Part shown: piece after piece, positions 9,601 through 20,294 of the stretch | Numbering within the stretch: position 1 is the first letter of the stretch | Layout: the number at the start of each line of letters is the position of its first letter | From: an uncultured Acidimicrobiia bacterium | GTDB taxonomy: Bacteria > Acidobacteriota > Terriglobia > Versatilivoradales > Versatilivoraceae | Reading direction: 5' to 3' | DNA: 64,000 nucleotides | Assembly: GCA_963786955.1 (NCBI GenBank) | Contig: CAWBAT010000004.1 | Span: forward strand, 320,001 to 384,000 | Made by a program: the position numbers and the translations under genes | Notes under the pieces: generated by a model | Database searches by the model: none | What the model saw: the letters and a program-made list of their open reading frames with translations, nothing else | What the model was told of the DNA's origin: nothing

Positions 9601-12325
9601 CTTTCAAGTCAGCCACTGCCACTTGAAATTTGAGCGACTCCTTGGAAAGGGCCCAGGAATCCGGCTTGATTCCTACTACCCAACGGGCCGGCCACAAAGG
9701 GATTCGGGCGGAGACGGTTTGAATCTCTCCATTGGGATCTCGATACTCAAGCTCACCGAGGATCTCGACCGGCTTATCAATTTTAGGCAGTTCGGAAATT
9801 TGGGTACGGACTGAGCCTGACTTGTCCAGTGTCAGACTGGTGCTTTTCAATTCGAGTCGCTTTTTCTCGACTGGGTCTTCTGCCTCTTCGCCGCCGTGGA
9901 AGAGACCTTCCTTAACGGCTCCATTAGAAAAGACAAAATCCTCAAATCCTTCGAAAGGTGGTACGTATCGTGGCTCCAGTTGATGTCTGAATTTGATTGG
10001 TAGATTCCCCGCAGCGCCACCAGACAGGAAGCTGGCACTTAAGTCAACTCGCACTTCAGAAGGCGAAATCAGCGGATCCGAAGGATAGACGATACTCCCT
10101 TTCATAAGTGGGACGCGATACTCCTCTACTCGAAACTGGCCCGTAAATTCCCCTCCCTCTGCCCGCTTGTTCGATGTTTGCAGGCTCACCTGGTACTGCC
10201 CGAGTTTCGCTCCTTTGGGAATCGTCCATGTGGACTCGGCAATTCCGTGGGCATCCCACTGGATCGGGAGATCGTATTTTTGATCGCTGCCCAGGTGCTG
10301 AATCCTGATGGAAGCCGGGCGCTTGTTTTCGGGCAATAGTGCAAAACCGCTTGTCACGTGTTTTCGGAGAACGTGCTTCATGTGCACTGTTTCTCCAGCC
10401 CGGAAGAGAGTTCGATCGAAAATGGTATGAGCGGCAATAAGGCTTGGGTTGTACTCTGTGGGAAGTTGAAAACGCCACGACTCAATCCCTTCGTTCCAAC
10501 TGGTGTGAAGCAAGGTCATGTCATCTCCCAGGCGTGCGGTGACAAGAAGCCCATTGTCGAGAGGACGAAACGAACATCTGGAAATCGCACTGAGTTCAGG
10601 AAGCCGATCAATGCGGGCAATCCCATTTGGGTCTGTCAACCCTTCCCAGAGCACATTGCCCTGGCAGTCTCGAATTTGAACGTTGGACTCTTTGACCGGT
10701 TTGGCCTTGTCCAGCGTCGTCACCCAGACCAGCGAAGATTCCATTCCCCATTTGAAGTGGACAGAGAGGTTGGTGACCAGCACCGTTGTCGGGACATACA
10801 TTGGCTTAGGAGATCCCAGTAAGGCAGCTCCAAGAAGCTCGCTCTTGACCTCTACGACATAGAATCCGGGAGAAGGAATAGGGATCCCAATCACCTCGAA
10901 GGCTTTAGCACCATGCAATTTCGGAAGGGAAAAGGGTTTTGCCTTCGCTGCAGCGCTCGTGGTCAGGATCGAATGCTCCCGGTCCTCCCAACTCCGAGAA
11001 TCGATCTTGTTCAACCAGTAAAGCATTTGGGTAGGACGGTCCGTTGGGACCTTGAAAATCATCCCCCGCATCTCCTCGGTGAGGTACTGATCCTTGGTGT
11101 TGATATCAGAGTGCTGGATGCTCGACTGCCCCTCCTCGACTTCCAACATCTGTCCCGCGATAGTTGGCTCGACGTTTCTCACGGTAACTGGAAGCAACGG
11201 TGTCGCATTCAATTCCAGAATTCCAAAGTGGGCGGAAAACTTCACCAGAGGAGGGTATTCATCCGTTCGGACCGACAGCGGAAAACGGTTGGCATTTTCG
11301 AGTTTTCGTCCCGCATCATCTTGAAGGTTAGGTGCCAACTCGATTTGGAATTCTGTCTTCTCCGGGAAGGGACCCTTAAACCAGACCGATTGGACATGCT
11401 TCCCTTCCTCATCGGCTTCTTCTTCCCTCTCAACTTTCCAGTGCTGGTTACCAGGTCCCTTCAAAACTGTTTTTCGCGCATCGACCCACAAAACAGGAGC
11501 AGAGAAACTGACTCTCATTGGCGAGATCGGGACACAGCCGGCTTCGGGTTTTTCTCTCGAACAGCTGAACGAAGCCTGAAATGGGGATCGCACCACGAAT
11601 GGAAGGATCTGATCTTGGACATTAGTAACCCCGCTTTGTGAGGCGACGTCCTTCCCCCACACCAAACTGACTTTGGAGTTCTGAGGGAAACGCTGTTTGG
11701 CTTGGATCAGGAGAAAAGGATGTGGGGCGCTATCCCGGCGCATGCCTTGTGTTTTGAGAATTCGTTCTCTTTCCTGGCCTGAAACGATTCGAACACCAAT
11801 GCGCTCACCGATGTTCACGGCTGTGAAATAGACATAGGACAGAACGGAAGCCTCGGTAGGGTCTCCATCCAGCTCAAGGATAAAGATCTGCTCTTCGTCT
11901 ATGGACTGTGATCCCTGGTAAGGTGCAGACGAGAGAATGGACGGCCCTCCGGTGGATAAAGCAAAGACTTGCTGCCCAGCTACCATTTTCCCAGCCAGTG
12001 TTTTCAACCCTTCGCTGACTCGAAATTCGCAGCGAACTCCGGCGCCCAGGTTGCGATCGAAGTCATAAATCCAATTGGAGCCATCCGCCCAACGTGCGGT
12101 TCCCTTCTCCGGGCAATGGATGACAAAGGGGGCTACCGTTTCCCGCGGATCGCCCAGTGGAACCATAGGCTCCGAAAAACGCACTCGCACCTGCCGTACA
12201 TTCTTTACTGTCCCTTGTGGCGAGAATTCCTCAACGCGCGCCAGGGTCTGACCGTAAAGGGGAATGAGAAGCGATGCTAGAAAAAGGGAATTGATTAGGG
12301 ACTTTAAAGCAGATGGGATCTTCAT
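6641..12325 (-). CDS. Bacterial alpha-2-macroglobulin
   Basis: 1894 aa, signal peptide, DRTLFRAGETVH (MG domain), AAVDEGLL, thioester motif YPYICLEQ, C-terminal PPTRVEALYSPE; upstream of pbpC. Confidence 0.92.
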   Translation of the reverse strand: MKIPSALKSLINSLFLASLLIPLYGQTLARVEEFSPQGTVKNVRQVRVRFSEPMVPLGDPRETVAPFVIHCPEKGTARWADGSNWIYDFDRNLGAGVRCEFRVSEGLKTLAGKMVAGQQVFALSTGGPSILSSAPYQGSQSIDEEQIFILELDGDPTEASVLSYVYFTAVNIGERIGVRIVSGQERERILKTQGMRRDSAPHPFLLIQAKQRFPQNSKVSLVWGKDVASQSGVTNVQDQILPFVVRSPFQASFSCSREKPEAGCVPISPMRVSFSAPVLWVDARKTVLKGPGNQHWKVEREEEADEEGKHVQSVWFKGPFPEKTEFQIELAPNLQDDAGRKLENANRFPLSVRTDEYPPLVKFSAHFGILELNATPLLPVTVRNVEPTIAGQMLEVEEGQSSIQHSDINTKDQYLTEEMRGMIFKVPTDRPTQMLYWLNKIDSRSWEDREHSILTTSAAAKAKPFSLPKLHGAKAFEVIGIPIPSPGFYVVEVKSELLGAALLGSPKPMYVPTTVLVTNLSVHFKWGMESSLVWVTTLDKAKPVKESNVQIRDCQGNVLWEGLTDPNGIARIDRLPELSAISRCSFRPLDNGLLVTARLGDDMTLLHTSWNEGIESWRFQLPTEYNPSLIAAHTIFDRTLFRAGETVHMKHVLRKHVTSGFALLPENKRPASIRIQHLGSDQKYDLPIQWDAHGIAESTWTIPKGAKLGQYQVSLQTSNKRAEGGEFTGQFRVEEYRVPLMKGSIVYPSDPLISPSEVRVDLSASFLSGGAAGNLPIKFRHQLEPRYVPPFEGFEDFVFSNGAVKEGLFHGGEEAEDPVEKKRLELKSTSLTLDKSGSVRTQISELPKIDKPVEILGELEYRDPNGEIQTVSARIPLWPARWVVGIKPDSWALSKESLKFQVAVADLKGKPVPEASVIVDLYEQKTYSHRKRLIGGFYAYEHSSEVKKLQKLCEGKTNQKGLLTCEATSPVSGNVILQASVKDSSGLETTTHQEVWVAGKNQQWFKAADDDRIDVLPERKRYEVGEKARFQVRMPFPEATALVTIEREGVGEAVVQELSGKEPVIEIPVKGSFSPNIFVSVLLVRGRVSGVQATATVDLGRPAYKLGIAEISVGWRTHELKVKVSPERPIYKIREMARVGVAVRKTDGQAPGPGSEVAIAAVDEGLLELMPNNSWQLLAAMMGRRSYGVQTSTAQAQVIGKRHFGLKAMPTGGGGGKQITRELFDTLLLWKGRVPLDVDGDASIEIPLNDSLTSFRIVAVAISGVDQFGTGSASIRSTQDLILLSGIAPVVRQGDQYRSEFTLRNTTDHAMEVDVSAQVKGLKDPLAPLKVSLGAGESQTIGWNLSAPVGVDALRYELGAKASDGSHDRLAVQQKVVPAIPVRVFQATLTQVDQKLSVEVERPKDALPGRGGIQVILRPTLVEGMSGVVEYMRDYPYICLEQEASRAIALRDEKRWKKVMEMLPSFLDSDGLAKYFPTCLSGSDVLTSYLLAIAHEAGWKIPEESEARMAAGLRGFIEGRVVRYSSLPTADLSIRKLAAVEALTYLGQAEPSMLSSITIEPNLWPTSAVINWFNILQKLSKISGQVDKLKAAEQILRSRLNFQGTTMGFSTERSDFLWWLMVSTDTNAVRLILSLLDQAAWKQDLPRLTRGALGRQKQGRWDTTVANAWGVLAMEKFSKVFESVPLSGINTATLLGKTETQDWNTSPKGNQFDFPWPPQRSALLITPATSGNPWATIQSRAAIPLKQPFSTGYKIRKTLSPVDPKSTGPWHQGDIIRVRLQVEAQTDMTWVVVSDPIPAGAAILGTGLGRDSRLATQGEIQEGWVWPAFEERSLEAFRAYYEYVPKGEWTVEYTIRLNNQGLFNLPPTRVEALYSPEMFGEIPNETVKVTKAAN

Positions 12326-12362
12326 AGGTCCAGCCTTCGAAAAAAGTGTGTCCGCCTGATTT

Positions 12363-13379
12363 CTACTTCAGCAAGATAAAGGTTTTCTTTTTCATTTCCA
12401 AAAACAACCTCCGGATGTCTGCATCCTTGACTTTGGCAACCTGTCGCTCTGCCTTTCGTTTCGAAATGATGGTTGGCAATATCCAAAGGGAGTCCCAAAG
12501 CCCCACTAGAAAAGCGGTTCTAAAAGTGAACAGAGACTGCAGAACCAACAGGATGATAGCCCCCAGGTGTTTGAGCAACATCCCAGAATCATGGACGTTT
12601 TTCCACATGAAGATGAAGCGATTCCGGGTATTGATTCGGTCAATACGAAAGCGATTGTATGCTCCCTGAATCGTGGTACTGGCGTCGTGGTAAACAACAC
12701 TCTTCGGCTCGTAATGGATCACCCAACCCCGTTTCCAGGCACGATAGGAGAGTTCGACATCTTCCCAATAAAACGGGGACATTAAAGGCTCAAAACCACC
12801 GGCCTCCTGAAGCTTTTGCCGATCAAAGGCACAAAATCCACCACACACTGCAAACGAGTAAAACAGACCTGGATCTTCCGCCGGGCCCGGATGAGTATTA
12901 GATACATCGTAATTGCGGAAAGCTTTCCAAAATCCCATACGGAACTCACCGATTTTCCCTCCATTGCAAAAAGTAGATTGATCTCGTCCCAACGCCTTAA
13001 AGGTGACCCCGAAAACTGTTTCGTTTTCAAAGTGAGAGATTATTGGCAAGATGAAATTCTTATCTACAAGGACATCGTTGTTTAGCAAGATCACGATCTG
13101 GTAACGACATGCAGAAAAACCCGAGTTGCAGGCGAATGCAAAACCGCTGTTTCGGCTGTGGGTGACTAGCTTGATGTTCCTCTCGGGATATTTTTCGATC
13201 CAGGGGATCGTATCATCAACGCTACCATCGTCTACCACAATCACTTCCCAAGATCCGCCGGTCTTTTGATGAAATTCATGGGTGGCAGCCAGGAGAGCAG
13301 GAAACATCTCTTCCAATAAAATTTTGCCGTTCCATGAAGGAATAACAACACTGATTGAGGGCTTGAGACGGGCATTCAT
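12363..13379 (-). CDS. Glycosyltransferase family 2
   Basis: ISVVIPSWN, VVDDGSVD, NSGFAFACNSG, LLNND, FYWEDVELSYRA. Confidence 0.9.
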   Translation of the reverse strand: MNARLKPSISVVIPSWNGKILLEEMFPALLAATHEFHQKTGGSWEVIVVDDGSVDDTIPWIEKYPERNIKLVTHSRNSGFAFACNSGFSACRYQIVILLNNDVLVDKNFILPIISHFENETVFGVTFKALGRDQSTFCNGGKIGEFRMGFWKAFRNYDVSNTHPGPAEDPGLFYSFAVCGGFCAFDRQKLQEAGGFEPLMSPFYWEDVELSYRAWKRGWVIHYEPKSVVYHDASTTIQGAYNRFRIDRINTRNRFIFMWKNVHDSGMLLKHLGAIILLVLQSLFTFRTAFLVGLWDSLWILPTIISKRKAERQVAKVKDADIRRLFLEMKKKTFILLK

Positions 13380-13697
13380 TCAAGGTGGCTTTTGAAAATT
13401 ATGGAGAGTCTTTGGATCACGACGCAGATATTATCTTTAGTTTGATTTGAAAAAGCCAGACGCAAGGAATTCGAATCCATTCCGTTGACACGAAACAGTT
13501 GAGCGATCACATGGGAGACGTTGGCCTGCTTCAGGCCCTGGCCACCGTGACCAGTGAGTTGTCTGCCCATGCTTCCCGACTCATCCCTGGCACTTCAAGG
13601 GCCAGTCGAGCTCCCGAGGATACCCCGTAGAACAATACAATCTTATTACAAAACTCTTACAACCAGAATTATCCAGCCCTGAAATAATAGGCTTGTT

Positions 13698-15116
13698 ATG
13701 AGCAATCATCCGACAATTATTCAAGGCGGCATGGGCGCTGGTGTCTCGAACTGGCGGCTAGCGCAAACAGTAGCCCGGTTAGGGCAACTAGGAGTTGTTT
13801 CCGGAACGGCCCTCGATCAGATCCTAGCCAGGCGACTGCAAGATGGCGATCATGGGGGACGCATGCGCCACGGGCTCGACCATTTTCCAATTCCCGGGAT
13901 GGCTGAGCGAATTCTGCAAACCTATTACATCCCCGGCGGCAAACCTGAGAGGCAGTCTTATAAGAATCCGCCGATGCACACCAAGGACAGTTGCCGCGAG
14001 CTGCAGGAACTTTGCATTGTGGCCAACTTTGTGGAGGTTTTTCTTGCCCGCGAAGGCCACCAAAATCCGGTCGGGATTAACTATTTAGAAAAGATTCAAA
14101 TGCCGCACCTGCCATCCATCTACGGCGCCATGCTGGCTGGCGTGGGCTACATCCTAATGGGAGCCGGAATCCCGGTCAGGATTCCCGGAGTGCTCGATCG
14201 TTTCGCTCAACATGAACCTGCCACCTATCCCTTGCAGGTCGCCGGCGCGCAAGAGGGTGACAACGCCACCATGACGTTCACCCCAAGAGAGTTCACGGAA
14301 TGTGAGTTACCCCCCCTGCCCCGCCCTTACTTTCTGGCCATCATCGCGTCTAATGTCCTCGCCGTGACTCTGGTGAGGAAGGCCAACGGCAAGGTTGATG
14401 GATTCGTCGTCGAAGGTCACATCGCCGGTGGCCACAATGCGCCGCCTCGCGGAAAGCTCCAGCTCGACGAAGCAGGTGAAGCCATCTACGGCGAACGAGA
14501 CAAGGTCGACCTTGAAAAGATACGAGAGCTAGGGCTGCCCTTCTGGCTTGCTGGAGGTTACGGCACCCCTGAGAAATTACGCGAAGCGGTGGCGGCTGGG
14601 GCGACTGGGGTGCAGGTCGGAACTCCCTTTGCATTTTGTAATGAGTCGGGTTTAAGAGATGACTACAAGCGCACCTTACTGGGTAAATCGATCTCCGGAA
14701 AAGCCCGAGTATTTACCGATTCGGTGGCTTCTCCCACGAATTTTCCGTTCAAGGCAGTGCAGCTAGAGGACTCGAATTCAGAGCAAGAAGTCTATTTGGC
14801 CAGGCCACGAATTTGCGATCTTGGCTATCTGCGTGAGGCCTACAGAACCGCCCAGGGCACACTCGATTACCGCTGCTCGGCGGAACCGGTATCAATTTAC
14901 GTTTCCAAAGAGGGGAAAGTGGAGAATACATTAGGCAGAAAATGCCTCTGTAATTCACTGATGGCAAATATCGACCATCCCCAAGTACGCATTGGCAAAC
15001 TCATTGAGAAAGGCTTGGTCACTGCCGGAAATGACTTAACTGAAATTGGACGGTTTCTGCCTCGAGATGCATCAACTTACAGCGCTGCGGACGTCATCAG
15101 AAAACTGCTCAACTGA
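13698..15116 (+). CDS. Nitronate monooxygenase / 2-nitropropane dioxygenase family flavoprotein
   Basis: IIQGGMGAGVS, VEGHIAGGHNA, LAGG, GVQVGT FMN TIM-barrel motifs; Cys-containing C-terminus. Confidence 0.85.
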   Translation: MSNHPTIIQGGMGAGVSNWRLAQTVARLGQLGVVSGTALDQILARRLQDGDHGGRMRHGLDHFPIPGMAERILQTYYIPGGKPERQSYKNPPMHTKDSCRELQELCIVANFVEVFLAREGHQNPVGINYLEKIQMPHLPSIYGAMLAGVGYILMGAGIPVRIPGVLDRFAQHEPATYPLQVAGAQEGDNATMTFTPREFTECELPPLPRPYFLAIIASNVLAVTLVRKANGKVDGFVVEGHIAGGHNAPPRGKLQLDEAGEAIYGERDKVDLEKIRELGLPFWLAGGYGTPEKLREAVAAGATGVQVGTPFAFCNESGLRDDYKRTLLGKSISGKARVFTDSVASPTNFPFKAVQLEDSNSEQEVYLARPRICDLGYLREAYRTAQGTLDYRCSAEPVSIYVSKEGKVENTLGRKCLCNSLMANIDHPQVRIGKLIEKGLVTAGNDLTEIGRFLPRDASTYSAADVIRKLLN

Positions 15117-15257
15117 TAATCCCATTCCTCAACTCATGCCGGCTGTTGAGCTGCAAAACAGGGGTTTGATGCGCTTTCTGGAAAAAGGCGGGACGGTAGG
15201 CTAGCCATCGCTTATTGAATTGCATGCCTTATCTCGGCCATACTAGGAAGCGCGAAT

Positions 15258-16961
15258 TCAGTCTGTCGCGGTGGGATAGAGGGGCAAAAAATCGCTGTTG
15301 GGAGAAATGCCGATGATGCCGTTCCCCTTCCAGGACAAGGTATAATCAACTCCCGCTATTCTCTCGACTTCCTTTCGAACCGGCAAATCATACTGCAACA
15401 GAATGGGAGCAGGAAAAACGTCACGCGGAATATAGGCAAACCTCCCAATATTTGTTTCATTGAGGGCCTGGCCGTTCACCGTGAGCTGAACCGAATCCTG
15501 AGTTGTCCATGGCGGGATACGGATCGCGACGTTTTGCCGGATTTTCGGCACAATCGTGACTTTCGCCCTCTCACCCCGCTCGCAGCTGATCCGGATCTTT
15601 TCATCCTCGTAATCGAAATGAAAGTTCACGACCAGGCCAATGGGACTCTGAACTACCACATGTTGATACACATCAACCAGGGTATGAAGGACGGCGCAGG
15701 TGATGTCGGTGGCAGGATTTCTGCCCCAGTAGGGCTCATGCATCCCTGCGTAACCACCGACCACCCGTACATCCAAATCGGCGTGTGCGTCGGAGCCATC
15801 CTGAATGGCAGGCTTCAGCCCCGGACGCTGAACGATCTGTGAGGGGAGCAAGCGGCATCGAACCAGCCGCTCCGCGTCTTCCAGGAACTCGGTGTATCCA
15901 TGCCGGGCCAGCCACAGCCCCAGCTGCACCACATCTCCCGCCGAGGCAGGCTCGGCATTTCCCTCCTCCTGCATGCCATGGGAGATGACCCCGCTGGGCT
16001 TAATCAGATGTCCTAACACGTAGGCCCGATAGGTGCTGGCGACGCGCTCGATATACTGGCGCTGATTGGTCAATTCGCCGTAGAGCACCAGCCCCCGCAA
16101 CGTGCCCAGGTAGGAATGCGTGTGGTCGGCTTTCGAGGCAAGGTTCAGAGTGCCGTCGGCCGAAGTCGTATTTTCCAGGTGATACTCGGCAAAGCGGTTC
16201 GCCAGTTTCAGGGCGAGCGGGTCACCGGAAGTCTCGTAGAACCAGACCAGCGCCTCGATGAGGCGACCGTGCGACTGGGTGGGATCCATGCGCGGGGGGC
16301 GTTTCATATGACGGACCGCTTCGAGCCCGTCATAGTCCCAATCACCGTTCGCGCGCGACACTCTCCAGATGGTTTCTATCATCCGGTGGGCCTGATCCAG
16401 AGCCCAGCGGTTGCCTCGAAAACGTGCCAGGGCATTCAAAGCCAGCAAACTTTCTCGCATCGAGTGAATCTCGAGCAGGTTGGGCGGTTCGCTGAGTTGC
16501 GAGTATTGAGGTGGCGGAAGACACAGGTTGTCGGGATTGTCAAAAAACAAACGTAAATTCGCCAGCATGGCCGTTTCCAGCTGAGCGGGAATGGTAAATC
16601 CTGTGGCATTCTCGAGACGCAGCATCGCGTCCAGCCAGCGGCCAATGTTGTGCGCGGGCCATGTAAACTCGTAGGTTGCCTTGTAATCCCTACCGATTTT
16701 CATGATGAAATACGGCAGATAATTCTCCTTGGGGTTGAGCGCAGCCAGCAGATGTTCTCCCGCCAGGTCCATCGATTTTTTCAGGGAGAGACTTTCCTGC
16801 GCGACAGAATTGATTCGCGGTGCGGCAGGCTGGGCTGCGGACTGTGGTGCAGGGCGTGGCGGAGCCGTTCGACCCTCCCCTCCAAAACGGGCCGGCAGAG
16901 TCGCCAAAGTACTCGCTGTAAAAGCTCCCTTTACAAACCTTCTTCGCGAAATTCCCATCAT
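15258..16961 (-). CDS. Tat-exported protein, GH127-like (alpha/alpha)6 hydrolase
   Basis: ISRRRFVK Tat signal; HNIGRWLDA; DHTHSYL; C-terminal IRIPPW...VNG beta-sandwich as in GH127/GH146. Confidence 0.6.
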   Translation of the reverse strand: MMGISRRRFVKGAFTASTLATLPARFGGEGRTAPPRPAPQSAAQPAAPRINSVAQESLSLKKSMDLAGEHLLAALNPKENYLPYFIMKIGRDYKATYEFTWPAHNIGRWLDAMLRLENATGFTIPAQLETAMLANLRLFFDNPDNLCLPPPQYSQLSEPPNLLEIHSMRESLLALNALARFRGNRWALDQAHRMIETIWRVSRANGDWDYDGLEAVRHMKRPPRMDPTQSHGRLIEALVWFYETSGDPLALKLANRFAEYHLENTTSADGTLNLASKADHTHSYLGTLRGLVLYGELTNQRQYIERVASTYRAYVLGHLIKPSGVISHGMQEEGNAEPASAGDVVQLGLWLARHGYTEFLEDAERLVRCRLLPSQIVQRPGLKPAIQDGSDAHADLDVRVVGGYAGMHEPYWGRNPATDITCAVLHTLVDVYQHVVVQSPIGLVVNFHFDYEDEKIRISCERGERAKVTIVPKIRQNVAIRIPPWTTQDSVQLTVNGQALNETNIGRFAYIPRDVFPAPILLQYDLPVRKEVERIAGVDYTLSWKGNGIIGISPNSDFLPLYPTATD

Positions 16962-17542
16962 GATCTTTTCCTCATGCAGGCAGGATCAGACGACCCGCCC
17001 GAGAGTTTGTCCTAACAGACGTAAGATCATCTACTTTACTGAGGTGTACCCCGAAGTCAAAATTATTTTCTCTCAGCAATAAGTAACATTGGCGGGGTTC
17101 GGTTGTGTTAAGTCTCGAATTGGTATGTGCCCTGACAGTTTGCACTTTTATGATGGCTAAATGGAAATCCGCTCCACGAGCTCGGGTGGACGGGGGCGTC
17201 AAAATGAGCGGTATTCAAAAGGGGGGGGCGAGAATAGAGCAATGTGTCGTCGAAAACCCTTGATGATAGCCCTTATGAAAAGAACCCAATTCGATTTCGC
17301 AATCTATTTGTCGAGGATCGGAATAAAGTGGGAGTGAATATTCGGCATCGGCGGGCCAGCTTGGATTCTCGCTCAACATATCCATACAATTGGACGTTCG
17401 TCCGCAACTTTGCGAAGTGCAGCGGGCGCGAGGGATTATCGCTCCACGCGCCCGTTCCCCCTTTCTCTGCTGGCAGTTCGAAGTTGCGTTTGCGTATTCA
17501 CGAAAAAAAGGTCTTAGCTTGATTTTGGAGAATTGTAGCCTT

Positions 17543-19840
17543 ATGACAATCTGCATGCAAAGAGCGAGGCAATCGGCTGGGTTATTTTTATTGGCAGTTC
17601 TAGTCCATCAACCCTGGGCTGTCGCTGATGACCTGCAGAAGACACAGAAAAAAGAACTGGAATCTGCAGCTAAGGCTTTGATCGGAGAGGCCAAGTCTCT
17701 TGAAAGTTCGGGCATGCTTGTTGAAGCCCGCCTGAAGTATGCCGAGTCTTTGGGCTACATCGAATTAAACGACGCCACTCAAGCAGTCGATCGCCTCAAC
17801 AAAGAGCTGCTCAATCAAGCTAAGATCGCAATCCAGGCGGCGAAGAAGTATTACGACGCAGGGAAGTTTCGCGACGCAGCCAAGACGCTGGAAGGCGCCC
17901 AGCAGCTGCAGACCTCCCAACTCCTCCTTTCTTACAATCTGGCTCTGTGCTACAAGCAGCTCGGCGACCATGAAAAGGCAGCCGACTATCTGGACCAGGC
18001 CATCATTGGAGCAAGTACCTCGAAACTGCGCTCGAGACTCAGCCAGATGCGCACCGTTTTCACCACTGCCGAGACTCCCGCCACTCTGAACGACAACACC
18101 AAAAAGCAGATCGGCGTTTTCGACCACTTGGCAGAGACCGTGGGAAATGGCTCTTCGGTCGAGGACGAGTTAGGAGACGAAGAAGTTCAGACGGAGGACG
18201 AGCAGGCCCCGAGCCTGCCTGCGGCTCCGGCTCGCAGCAGCACAGCGGTTAACTTTACCCCCACTGACAAACCTCACGGTGGCAAAGGGGGCCGATTCTC
18301 GAGCGCCTGCGCTGCGTTACAGAATGTAAAGGATGCCACGGCGACGAGCCCGGGAGCGATCTTTAACCTGGCGAATTGCGCGGAAAACAATAATCGTCCG
18401 GAGGAAGCGACGCGGTATCTGCGCCAGTATCTAAAACAATCGCCGGGCGCACTCGACGCCGTGAGGGTCACTGAGCGAATCGCCGAGCTAGAAGCCCTTC
18501 GGGCTTTACCCAACCCAACGGGATCTCAGGTCCGCGCTCTCTATGCTTACGCGGACCGGTCCATCGAAGAACGCCAATACGATCGCGCCCTGACTGATTT
18601 CACCAAGGCAGCAGATTTAACCCCGGACTTTGCGCTGACTTTCTGGAAGCTCGGGCTCCTGCAGGAGGCATTTGGCAGCGTCGCGGAGGCCCGCAAGCAG
18701 TACACGCGCTACCGCGAGCTGGTCACCGACCCTGCACTGCAAAAACGCGCCGATTTCCACCTGGGTATTCTCGACGCCAAGAAGGAAAAATATGACGCGG
18801 AAATCTCCGATGCCGAGGACGTGATTGCCGACCTCCTGAATCGAGCCATGAATCTGACATTCAACGGTCTTGAAGATCGTTCCGCCGTTCGGGCCCACCG
18901 CGGCCGGCGTAAGGGCCACGATGTCGACAAGAACAAAGCGAAAATGCTCGGCGGCTTTACGATCCCGCTGCCTTATGCGCACCAGCAGTTCGCCCTGGCC
19001 AGCCAGCACCTTGCGGCGGCCCTGGCTATTTTCCCGCTCGGAGCGGAGGCCAACGAGTTGATGGCTCTGGTTTATTTGCAGGCGCTCGATGGGCGTGCCG
19101 CTATCCGATCGTACGATGCCATCGCCAGCCAGAATCTGCCCGTTTCCTTTTATGTGGAAATCCGTGGTAGACATAATCTCGATCGCCCGGCTAAGTGCGA
19201 ATTGAGCCGCGATCACATCCGCATCATTTATCTCGCCTCTTACGACAAGAAAGGATTCCCCAAGCCTCCCGCCCGCCCGGGTGGTGAGGACGGTTTGGGG
19301 GATCTGGTCATTGAGCCCCGGGAGACGCGCGTGCTTGACTTTGAGGAGCTGTCCCTCGGGCTCGCCGATATTAAAAAGATTGAAACCAGGAATGGCCAAA
19401 TCTACCTCAAACTCCAACACGAGGACTACGCTTTGTCTCCACTTGCTCTGGCTTTCTATCCGCCAACAGAGGGTGGGCCGTTCGCTCGACGATTCTCCAA
19501 TGACTACACGCGCCTTTTCGTCCGCTATCCCGGCTTGGAAGATTCCAAGCTTGGCGCCGAGGGACTTACCGGCTATGAGAAATTCCAGATTGGAATGAGT
19601 ATCGCCTCGGCGGCCATGGACACGGCCATGGGAGGTGTCGGAGCCATCGCCATCATCCAGGACATCCAAACCATTACCCAAGTGGTCCGGATGCTGCAGA
19701 AAACCATGAACTCGTTAAAAATTAATTATGGGGGCTGGGAAACCAGCGTGAACGAGCAGCAGGACGTGATCGTCGGCAACCCGTTCAAACCTATTCCTAC
19801 CGAGCCTCTGCGTCTGGACTATGTGCAAGAACTGAAGTAG
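17543..19840 (+). CDS. Secreted tetratricopeptide-repeat protein
   Basis: Signal peptide ending PWAVA; TPR-like helices (YNLALCYKQLGDHEKAADYLDQA; WKLGLLQEAFGSVAEA); start uncertain. Confidence 0.75.
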   Translation: MTICMQRARQSAGLFLLAVLVHQPWAVADDLQKTQKKELESAAKALIGEAKSLESSGMLVEARLKYAESLGYIELNDATQAVDRLNKELLNQAKIAIQAAKKYYDAGKFRDAAKTLEGAQQLQTSQLLLSYNLALCYKQLGDHEKAADYLDQAIIGASTSKLRSRLSQMRTVFTTAETPATLNDNTKKQIGVFDHLAETVGNGSSVEDELGDEEVQTEDEQAPSLPAAPARSSTAVNFTPTDKPHGGKGGRFSSACAALQNVKDATATSPGAIFNLANCAENNNRPEEATRYLRQYLKQSPGALDAVRVTERIAELEALRALPNPTGSQVRALYAYADRSIEERQYDRALTDFTKAADLTPDFALTFWKLGLLQEAFGSVAEARKQYTRYRELVTDPALQKRADFHLGILDAKKEKYDAEISDAEDVIADLLNRAMNLTFNGLEDRSAVRAHRGRRKGHDVDKNKAKMLGGFTIPLPYAHQQFALASQHLAAALAIFPLGAEANELMALVYLQALDGRAAIRSYDAIASQNLPVSFYVEIRGRHNLDRPAKCELSRDHIRIIYLASYDKKGFPKPPARPGGEDGLGDLVIEPRETRVLDFEELSLGLADIKKIETRNGQIYLKLQHEDYALSPLALAFYPPTEGGPFARRFSNDYTRLFVRYPGLEDSKLGAEGLTGYEKFQIGMSIASAAMDTAMGGVGAIAIIQDIQTITQVVRMLQKTMNSLKINYGGWETSVNEQQDVIVGNPFKPIPTEPLRLDYVQELK

Positions 19841-20294
19841 GCCGAACCCACCCAAACATAAAAACTCAGTCTGGCGCCCTTGTCAGCCGGTGGACTGGTA
19901 GATGGAATTGGTCGAGTCTGCTGGGGGTAGCGAAGACATGCGCAGGTTGCATGTCTTCGAACAGTGCCAGCTCACAGGAGATCTTCCATTGACAAGGTGC
20001 ATTGGACTTCCAAATGATAGAACTTCGAACTGACTTCTTCACAGCCGACAGACACAGATAGCACGTGCGCCACCCCACCGCTGATGGTTGTGAATCACCC
20101 AGGGCAAATAGAGTCAGCCCTTAATAGTTCAATTTTTGGTTTGCGGGAATGGTTGTGATTCAAAAGGTTGCAAGCTACAATCCGACCAAGACCAGCATGT
20201 GTCGTGACTCAACAAGGGCTCCAGCCAACTGGGCAAAAAGGCCAGCGGCCAAATCCTGAGCTGTTAGGCTCGTTGTATTGGAAGGAGTCTTTCA

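Noticed and set aside
18617-19681. 354 aa antisense ORF, and similar ones at 52375, 27643 and 20508
   Set aside because: Shadows of well-supported genes on the other strand
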